DNA of 64,000 nucleotides from Lachnospiraceae bacterium (GTDB lineage Bacteria; Bacillota; Clostridia; Lachnospirales; Lachnospiraceae): NCBI GenBank assembly GCA_963661945.1, contig CAVLDP010000003.1, positions 61,441 to 125,440 of the forward strand, read 5' to 3'. Shown piece by piece: positions 1 to 6,948 of this stretch (position 1 is its first letter; each line of letters starts with the position of its first letter). The notes under the pieces were generated by a model. It saw only the letters and a program-made list of their open reading frames with translations, ran no database searches and was not told where the DNA came from. The position numbers and the translations under genes were made by a program.

Positions 1-526
1 ACATTCCAAACGTGTGGCAGATTATTCTTATCGGATTGCAAGGCGACTTGGCATGACCAGAAAGCAGTGTGAGGAAATCTACGATACTGCCTTGGTTCAT
101 GATATTGGTAAATGCTATATTCCAGATTATATTCTGAAGAAGCCAGATTCTCTCACAGAAGGTGAGTATGAAGTTGTTAAGACACATACATCCAGAGGCG
201 CTGAGATGCTGATGGATTGCAAGTCAATCCCTAACATTGCAGATGGTGCTATGTATCATCATGAGAGATACGATGGTAGTGGCTATCCTACTGGTATGGC
301 AGGAGAGGACATTCCGCTTGTTGGCAGGATTATCGCAGTAGCAGATGCATATGACGTGATGAATTCTGAATCTGTTTATATGCAGAGGGTTACACCGGAG
401 ATAATTCGTAAGGAACTTATGGACGGCTGTGGCAGTCAGTTTGACCCAATGCTTGTTGAGGTCTTTCTTGAAGTATTAGATGAGCTGGATAGAGACACAT
501 GGGAGATGGATCGTGAATCGCTATAA
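1..526 (+). CDS. HD-GYP domain c-di-GMP phosphodiesterase, 5'-truncated by the window edge
   Basis: The frame is open to position 2, so the track's M at 14 is an internal GTG. HDIGK (His codon 98-100) and HHERYDGSGYP motifs are present. Confidence 0.85.
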   Translation, partial: HSKRVADYSYRIARRLGMTRKQCEEIYDTALVHDIGKCYIPDYILKKPDSLTEGEYEVVKTHTSRGAEMLMDCKSIPNIADGAMYHHERYDGSGYPTGMAGEDIPLVGRIIAVADAYDVMNSESVYMQRVTPEIIRKELMDGCGSQFDPMLVEVFLEVLDELDRDTWEMDRESL

Positions 527-3500
527 TCTTAAGAGTCGAATCGCATTTATTATATTTGGATGTCTGGTAAATGTAGCAATATTTCTACTGAATCATATGC
601 TGAATGGACCATTTATTGATAATCAGTTGGGGTCTGTTATTGCTGCATATTATTATGGACCACTCTATGGGGCAATTATGGTTCTGCTCACTGGAGGCTT
701 CTGCGGTCTTATATCGAAGACAGCATTTATCTATATTGTTCCGGAACTTGTCTGTGTACTTCTTATTGGTTATATGGCTAGAGATGAGAAGTTTATTGAT
801 AGTTTTCTTGGAACAGTACATGTACTGTCTCTGGTTGGTATTCTGGAGGGAATTGCCCTTGCTCTTATGCAGTTTATATTCCTGAAGGGGGCTGGTGACC
901 ATCATTATGGAACGGCAATTCTTCGAATGATGTTATCAGCGAATTATCCGACACCGGTTCGTTTTCTGATTGAAGGAATCTTCCTGGCTTTTCAGGATTT
1001 GACCTGTGTTCTCCTCTTCATGTGGATTGTTCATTACCTGGAGCATCCACTCCAGAAGAAGAAGGAACGTAGGAAATATCTTAATAGGAATCTGAAGAAG
1101 GGCAGTAAGAAGATACTGGTTGGTGCAGTTTTATTTACATCCCTTCTAACACTTGGAGTGGACACTATCCCAACCAAGGCAGCAGACAGCGTAAGCTATG
1201 TCCAACAGGTCTATAACAGTAAGAATGGCTTAATGGGCGGTGCCTCCAATGATATCGTTCAGACGCAGGACGGAACGATTTGGGTGGCAACCTATGGTGG
1301 ATTGTATCGTTATAATGGTATCAAATTCGACCTGGTCACAGAGATTCCTTCTGTACGTTCCGTGAGATGCTTGTATCTGGATTCAGACCAGAATCTGTGG
1401 ATCGGTAATAATGATGCAGGAGTTGTCGTAGCGACACCGGAGCATAATTGGTATACCCTGACGACAGATGATGGTTTGCCTTCGAATAGTATTCATGGAA
1501 TTGTTCAGTCGGGAGATGGCGTCTATTATGTGGCGACGTCGGCTGGAACCGCGCTTGTTTATTTCAATGGCGAAGACCTTACTTGCATGAAGAAATTGCC
1601 TGAGATTGCCTATACGAGAAATCTTGCTGTAAATAGCAGAGGACAAATTGCTCTGATTGACAATGCACAGGTTGTCTATCTTGTGCATTCCGGAGTGATT
1701 ATTGATGAGATTCCTCTTGGTGATTATAATGCATCCTCTGTCCAATTTGATGAAGAAGACAGGCTCTATGTAGGTACAACAGAGTCTGAGATACTAGTAT
1801 ATGATTATAACAAGGATGGCTATGTATTCGATTGTGAGCTCTTGACCGGAGATTTAAGTGGGATTAATGAACTCTATTTCCAGGAATCGGGTGTGACATA
1901 TGTTGCAGCGGAATCTGGTATCGGTTATTTCGATTCAAATGATAATTTCAGTAAGATCTATGTCGATGATTATGATAATTCTGCTGAGAATATTATGGAG
2001 GATTATCAGGGAAATATTTGGTTCACATCTACTACATGCGGACTTCTCAGTCTGACAAAGTCATATTTTACGGATGTATTCAGTAATTGTGGTGTAAGTG
2101 GAGACGTAACGAATGCTGTTATGGAGTGGAATGGTCTCCTATATGTCGGCTGTGATTCTGGTCTTCGTATCTTAGATCTTGCTGCAGGAAAATCTATTGA
2201 GAATGAGCTGACAGAGAATCTGTCTGGACATCGTGTACGCTGCGTTCGAGTGGATTCTAAGAATAGTCTCTGGATAGCAGCATACGATGTTGGCGTATAT
2301 GAGATTACCGACTCTGGTGAGGTGTACCGTTATAATTCTGAGAATGGTTCTTTTGGAAATAACGCCAGACTGACCAAGGAATTATCAAGTGGAATCGTAG
2401 CTATATCTGGAGATACAGGTTTATCCTATGTGAAGGATCATGAGATTATTTCGAATTTCTCCTTGGGTGATGGTCTTGCAAATGCATTTATCTTATCTGT
2501 TGCAGAGACGGATGACGGTAAGGTGCTGGCTGGTTCCGATGGTGATGGCATTTTCATAATTGATGGCAATGAGATTGTGAAGGATGTAACGACTAAGGAT
2601 GGTCTGACATCGGGCGTTATTCTTCGAATGGTGCCAGATCCTTATACAGATGGAACATTCGTACTGACAGGTGGAGGACTTTGCTATATGAATGCGGATT
2701 ATTCCTGTCATGAGATTTCAGGATTTCCGTATTACGATAATCTGGATATGATCTTTGATGAAGATGGTACTGCCTATGTGTATAGCTCCGCAGGAATCTA
2801 TGTAACTACCTATGACTCGCTCATGTCTGGTGGAGAGGTTGATACGAATCTACTTGATACCAATGATGGTCTACTTAGTTTTCCGACGGGTAATGCTTGG
2901 AATTATCTCTCTGATGATAATATTCTCTATATCTCTTGTAGTAATGGATTATATAGCTTGAATCTGTCGGATTATAATAAGGTGGTTGATGTCTATAAGC
3001 CGAAGATTTCATCGATTGTCTGTGATGGGGAGGCCGTATCTTATGCGAATCAGACCTCGATTGCTATTCCAGCAGGTATCGAAGAAGTTACGCTGACGAT
3101 GGACCTAAATAACAATACGACATCGGATCCGACAGTGGTTTATTACCTGTCCGGAGTGGATGAGTCGAGACATACCTGTCTCGGAAGTGAGCTTAGTACT
3201 GTAACCTATTCGCATATTCCTTACGGAACCTATGACTTCTATATTGAGGTTCTATCAGAAGATGGAGAGACGGTTCTTAGTAAGACAAGCTACACCATTG
3301 AGAAGGATATCGAAGAGTATGAGACAGTGGGCTTCCGAATTTATTTCTATTGTACTCTGATTGAACTTCTTCTCTCGCTGATGATAGCGATTGCGAATTT
3401 TGCTACACAACAGAATGCCAAGAGACAGAGGGCAGAATATAGTAAGACCTTGACGCGACTGGAACGAGAGAAGGCGGAAGCGCTAGAACAGGCTTTGCAT

Positions 3501-5327
3501 CAGGAGGAACATGCAAGCCAGTCGAAGTCAGATTTCTTAGCTTCCATGTCTCATGAGATTCGTACACCTATTAATGCAATTCTTGGTATGAATACCATGA
3601 TAATGCGAGAGACCAAGCAGGATGAGATTAAGAGATATGCATCTGACCTGGAGAGTGCTGGCAAGACCCTTCTCGCACTTATTAATGATATCCTGGATTT
3701 CTCCAAGATAGAGTCCGGTAAGATGGAACTGGTTCTTGGCGATTATGATCTTGGCAGTATTGTAAATGATCTTGTGAATATGGTTCGGCCAAAGACAGAT
3801 GCCAAGGGACTTGAGCTAAAGCTACAGGTGAATCCGGATATTCCAGCATATCTCTATGGCGATGAAGTCAGAATTAAGCAGATTATTCTAAATATCCTGA
3901 ATAATGCTGTAAAATACACAGAATCTGGTAGCGTTACTCTTGCTATGGATTACGAGAAACTATCAGAGGGTGAGATTGCTCTTAAGATATCCGTTGCGGA
4001 TACTGGTATTGGAATCAAGGAAGAGGATCTGAAGAAGCTATTCTCTCCTTATGAGAGAATTGAAGAGGGTCGCAACAAGAAGATAGAAGGTACTGGTCTT
4101 GGAATGAGTATTACGAAGACCTTGCTTGAGCTTATGAACAGTCAGCTTGTCGTTCAGAGTACCTACGGGGTTGGAAGCACATTCTCCTGCTCTATTGTTC
4201 AGCAGATACGTTCCGTTGATTGCATTGGCGATATCAATTCGACTATGATTACGAGAGATAATCAGGTGGATGATGTGGAAGCCTTCCATGCACCAGATGC
4301 CAAGATCCTCGTGGTTGATGATGTCGAGATGAATCTTCTTGTAGCCGAGAATTTATTGAAGCGAGTTCAGATTCAGGTTGAGACTGCCACATCTGGAGCG
4401 CAGGCAATCGAGAAGGCCAAGGAGTGTAAATATGATATCATTTTCTTAGACTCCATGATGCCTGAGATGAGCGGTGAAGAGACGCTTCGCATTATGAAGC
4501 GGGATTGTACGGCAAATGAAGATACTCCGATGATTGTACTCACTGCAAATGCAATTAAGGGTGCGAGAGAAGAGTATCTGAATGCTGGATTTGATAATTA
4601 TCTGTCCAAGCCAATTGACAGTGCTAAGCTCGAGGCCATGCTGCAGTGCTACTTGCCAGAGGATAAGGTAATTCTTGTGGATGCTGCGGAAAGAACTGCT
4701 GCTACGGAGGAAGTAGAGGAAGATGATAGTATCTTAGATCGCCTTAACAGAATCCCGGGTATTGATGTCGAAGAGGGCATTAAGGTGGCAGATGGTGAGG
4801 ATATCTATCTGGTTGTCTGCAAGAACTTCTATGATACTGCACCGGGGCGTATTGAGATGCTTGAGGAGTATTATAGTAAGCAGGATATTAGGAATTATAC
4901 GATTCAGGTTCATGCTCTTAAGAGTTCTGCGAGACTGATTGGTGCCTATAGCCTGTCAGAGCAGGCTTGGAACCTAGAACAGGCAGGACGTGCAGATGAC
5001 CTTGAAGAGATTTCTGCGAAGACTGAGGGCTTGATTGCTGATTATCGATCTCTCCTGCAGGAGCTTGACTCGGTATATGGTGATACAAGCGAGGAGGATT
5101 CTCGTGAGCTGATTGATACAGATACCCTTAGGGGTAACCTGAGAGACTTAAGAGAGCTTGTGGAGGCATTTGATATGGATACAGCTGCAATGCTTCTTGA
5201 CTCTCTCGAAGAGTATCGTATGCCAGATGATTTTGCAGAATCCTATAAGAAGATTAAGGCCTATATGGCAGAAGTGGAACGAGATAGCATCCTTAGCCTT
5301 TTGGATAACTATCTGAAGGAGGAATAA
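480..5327 (+). CDS. Hybrid sensor histidine kinase: multi-TM N-terminus, propeller/Y_Y_Y-type sensor, HisKA-HATPase, receiver and Hpt
   Basis: Repeated xxIW[VIF]..T..GL motifs are typical of two-component regulator propeller repeats. H-box SHEIRTPIN (His codon 3552-3554). NNAVKYT, DTGIGI and GTGLGMS boxes. Receiver with acceptor Asp codon 4449-4451. Hpt HALKSSA (His codon 4911-4913). Start is uncertain: ATG 480 has no SD, whereas GTG 513 follows GGGAGA (501-506). Confidence 0.9.
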   Translation: MSWIETHGRWIVNRYNLKSRIAFIIFGCLVNVAIFLLNHMLNGPFIDNQLGSVIAAYYYGPLYGAIMVLLTGGFCGLISKTAFIYIVPELVCVLLIGYMARDEKFIDSFLGTVHVLSLVGILEGIALALMQFIFLKGAGDHHYGTAILRMMLSANYPTPVRFLIEGIFLAFQDLTCVLLFMWIVHYLEHPLQKKKERRKYLNRNLKKGSKKILVGAVLFTSLLTLGVDTIPTKAADSVSYVQQVYNSKNGLMGGASNDIVQTQDGTIWVATYGGLYRYNGIKFDLVTEIPSVRSVRCLYLDSDQNLWIGNNDAGVVVATPEHNWYTLTTDDGLPSNSIHGIVQSGDGVYYVATSAGTALVYFNGEDLTCMKKLPEIAYTRNLAVNSRGQIALIDNAQVVYLVHSGVIIDEIPLGDYNASSVQFDEEDRLYVGTTESEILVYDYNKDGYVFDCELLTGDLSGINELYFQESGVTYVAAESGIGYFDSNDNFSKIYVDDYDNSAENIMEDYQGNIWFTSTTCGLLSLTKSYFTDVFSNCGVSGDVTNAVMEWNGLLYVGCDSGLRILDLAAGKSIENELTENLSGHRVRCVRVDSKNSLWIAAYDVGVYEITDSGEVYRYNSENGSFGNNARLTKELSSGIVAISGDTGLSYVKDHEIISNFSLGDGLANAFILSVAETDDGKVLAGSDGDGIFIIDGNEIVKDVTTKDGLTSGVILRMVPDPYTDGTFVLTGGGLCYMNADYSCHEISGFPYYDNLDMIFDEDGTAYVYSSAGIYVTTYDSLMSGGEVDTNLLDTNDGLLSFPTGNAWNYLSDDNILYISCSNGLYSLNLSDYNKVVDVYKPKISSIVCDGEAVSYANQTSIAIPAGIEEVTLTMDLNNNTTSDPTVVYYLSGVDESRHTCLGSELSTVTYSHIPYGTYDFYIEVLSEDGETVLSKTSYTIEKDIEEYETVGFRIYFYCTLIELLLSLMIAIANFATQQNAKRQRAEYSKTLTRLEREKAEALEQALHQEEHASQSKSDFLASMSHEIRTPINAILGMNTMIMRETKQDEIKRYASDLESAGKTLLALINDILDFSKIESGKMELVLGDYDLGSIVNDLVNMVRPKTDAKGLELKLQVNPDIPAYLYGDEVRIKQIILNILNNAVKYTESGSVTLAMDYEKLSEGEIALKISVADTGIGIKEEDLKKLFSPYERIEEGRNKKIEGTGLGMSITKTLLELMNSQLVVQSTYGVGSTFSCSIVQQIRSVDCIGDINSTMITRDNQVDDVEAFHAPDAKILVVDDVEMNLLVAENLLKRVQIQVETATSGAQAIEKAKECKYDIIFLDSMMPEMSGEETLRIMKRDCTANEDTPMIVLTANAIKGAREEYLNAGFDNYLSKPIDSAKLEAMLQCYLPEDKVILVDAAERTAATEEVEEDDSILDRLNRIPGIDVEEGIKVADGEDIYLVVCKNFYDTAPGRIEMLEEYYSKQDIRNYTIQVHALKSSARLIGAYSLSEQAWNLEQAGRADDLEEISAKTEGLIADYRSLLQELDSVYGDTSEEDSRELIDTDTLRGNLRDLRELVEAFDMDTAAMLLDSLEEYRMPDDFAESYKKIKAYMAEVERDSILSLLDNYLKEE

Positions 5328-5328
5328 G

Positions 5329-6099
5329 ATGACGGACAAGGTTTTATTATTTGTTGATGACAGTGAATCATTTATCACCAAGTCCATTATGAAGAATGTA
5401 GAAGGAAATGGTCATGCTGTGAAGCTTGCTCATCTCGATGTAGATGAACTGGCAGAAGTTCAGGGCATGGTGGATGGTTATATCTTCTATAATATTGCGG
5501 ATGTAGCCAAGGTGAATTCCATGGGACTGGCCTATCTTAGAGATATGGCATTAGAGCATGGATATACGATTTATTTTATGGGATATGAGGATGATATTGC
5601 TCAGATTTCTGCAGATTTTCCTAAGTCTTATTGTGGTTCCTTCACAAGACCAATTAATGTCATGCAGGTATCCGAGGATATCGAGGCGATTGTTCAGGAG
5701 GTTCCAGCGGGGGCAAGACAGAAGCACATTCTGGTGGTAGATGATTCTGGCGTGATGCTTAATACCATGAAGGAATGGCTAGAGAACAGCTATCGTGTGT
5801 CCCTTGTGAATTCTGCGACGAATGGTATTTCGTTCCTGGCAACCAATAAGCCGGACCTTATCCTGCTTGATTATGAGATGCCAATCTGCGATGGGCCTCA
5901 GTTTATGGAGATGATTCGATCAAATGAGGACACAGCTCATATTCCGGTAATCTTCTTAACAGGCAAGGATGACGCAGATAGTGTGAAGCGAGTGCTTGCA
6001 CTGAAGCCAGCAGGATATATCCTAAAATCTAGTCCTAAGGAGGAAATCTTAAGCACGATTGCGGATTATTTCCGAAAAACTGTTGGAATTGAGTCGTAG
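5329..6099 (+). CDS. Response regulator with two receiver-like domains and no output domain
   Basis: AAGGAGG lies upstream and the ATG is 1 nt after the kinase stop. The C-terminal REC is canonical (VVDDS, acceptor Asp codon 5869-5871 in LILLDYEMP, FLTGK, KPAGYILK). The N-terminal half is REC-like but has no obvious acceptor Asp. Confidence 0.85.
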   Translation: MTDKVLLFVDDSESFITKSIMKNVEGNGHAVKLAHLDVDELAEVQGMVDGYIFYNIADVAKVNSMGLAYLRDMALEHGYTIYFMGYEDDIAQISADFPKSYCGSFTRPINVMQVSEDIEAIVQEVPAGARQKHILVVDDSGVMLNTMKEWLENSYRVSLVNSATNGISFLATNKPDLILLDYEMPICDGPQFMEMIRSNEDTAHIPVIFLTGKDDADSVKRVLALKPAGYILKSSPKEEILSTIADYFRKTVGIES

Positions 6100-6103
6100 G
6101 GCC

Positions 6104-6131
6104 TTGCAATTTGTTTGGTATATGCTATACT
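6104..6131 (+). promoter_or_regulatory. Sigma-A type promoter TTGCAA-16 nt-TGcTATACT (extended -10)
   Basis: -35 TTGCAA at 6104-6109. TGc at 6123-6125. TATACT at 6126-6131. It sits 49 nt upstream of the small-ORF ATG. Confidence 0.6.
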
Positions 6132-6140
6132 AACTATAGA

Positions 6141-6158
6141 TGTTAGGTATACCTAACA
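6141..6158. promoter_or_regulatory. Perfect 18-bp palindrome TGTTAGGTA|TACCTAACA in the leader of the small ORF (candidate operator or leader hairpin)
   Basis: Exact reverse-complement symmetry read directly from the sequence. It lies between the -10 element and the SD. Confidence 0.5.
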
Positions 6159-6179
6159 AATAAAAAGGAGGTAATTACG

Positions 6180-6281
6180 ATGATGGAAGTATTAGGAACT
6201 GCCGGGATTAGTGTTGTGGTTGCCGGAGGCGTAGCTGCTACTATGGAAGGCGTAAAGTACATGATTAAGCGTATGTTCTAA
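6180..6281 (+). CDS. 33-aa hydrophobic/basic small peptide MMEVLGTAGISVVVAGGVAATMEGVKYMIKRMF (below the ORF-track cutoff)
   Basis: AAGGAGG at 6165-6171 is 8 nt before ATG 6180. Stop TAA at 6279-6281. It has its own promoter upstream and a terminator downstream. Confidence 0.5.
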   Translation: MMEVLGTAGISVVVAGGVAATMEGVKYMIKRMF

Positions 6282-6327
6282 TCGGACATTCCTTAACGAT
6301 ACTTATAAGACAAGATGAGACGGGTCT

Positions 6328-6366
6328 CATAAAGCATACTTTTATGCTTTATGGGGCTTGTTTTTT
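6328..6366 (+). terminator. Rho-independent terminator after the small ORF
   Basis: Hairpin CATAAAGCATA-CTTT-TATGCTTTATG (6328-6353) is followed by GGGCTTGTTTTTTG. A second overlapping hairpin ATGAGAC-GG-GTCTCAT lies at 6315-6330. Confidence 0.65.
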
Positions 6367-6429
6367 GTGCTGTGAATCGCCAGATGAGTTTTAGTGGATT
6401 ATGTTTGCACCCTCCCCTCCGATCAATTC

Positions 6430-6798
6430 ATGGGAGTGATGAAGCGAAATAGAAATTCGGCAATCAGAAACGCAAGAACAGCTGTGACATCCGCGCACGA
6501 TGGACGAGTGAGAGATTCACATGCTATGCTCAACGGACAGATATATCTATCCAGACTATGATCAGATCGAGAGCTCGGAGATCTATCGCAACAATACTCT
6601 GGAGGGCGAGACATATCAGCAATTTGTGAAGAGAATGCGAAGAGAAGCATCTGAAATTGAAAATGCTGAGATAAGTGTTAGCGACAAATTAAAAAACTTA
6701 TATGGCATACAAGCAAACCTCAATGGACTAAAAAGGAGGGAATCGAGGGAATCTTAGAGCATGAAATCGCACATGTGCAACAGAGCCTTATTTTTTGA
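6430..6798 (+). pseudogene. Decayed coding remnants: phage MuF/SPP1 gp7-like head-morphogenesis motif fragment plus frame-shifted debris
   Basis: Frame 6430-6561 reads MGVMKRNRNSAIRNARTAVTSAHDGRVRDSHAMLNGQIYLSRL*. The DGRVRxSHxxLNG motif matches the conserved core of Phage_Mu_F-type proteins. The reading frame then breaks; the 6521-6757 ORF and a 6682-6798 frame containing HEIAH are in other frames. There is no SD and no full-length ORF. Confidence 0.35.
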
Positions 6799-6948
6799 AA
6801 AAATATAAGCAGAGCCAAAAAATGACTCAGATAATATCTAATTGCGAAGCAATGCAACCGAAGAAAAGGAGATTAGGACAGGAGACCACGTATGGGTAAA
6901 TACCTTGCTGCACCTACCATAGACAAATGATATACTAATAGTATCAGT

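Noticed and set aside
6521-6757. 78-aa ORF from the track (and 6423-6650 on the minus strand) as real genes.
   Set aside because: There is no SD. The ORF overlaps other protein-like frames in a region that looks like frameshifted debris. I treated it as part of the pseudogene remnant instead.
6760-6774. HEIAH pentapeptide as evidence for a metallopeptidase (M48/M56/ImmA-like) remnant.
   Set aside because: A lone HExxH in a 38-codon frame is too weak. It is mentioned only as supporting the picture of coding debris.
6892-6930. 12-codon upstream ORF MGKYLAAPTIDK with CAGGAGA SD just before the nuclease gene, as a possible leader peptide.
   Set aside because: It is very short, there is no evidence of an attenuator structure, and it may lie upstream of the actual promoter (TGaTATACT at 6928-6936).
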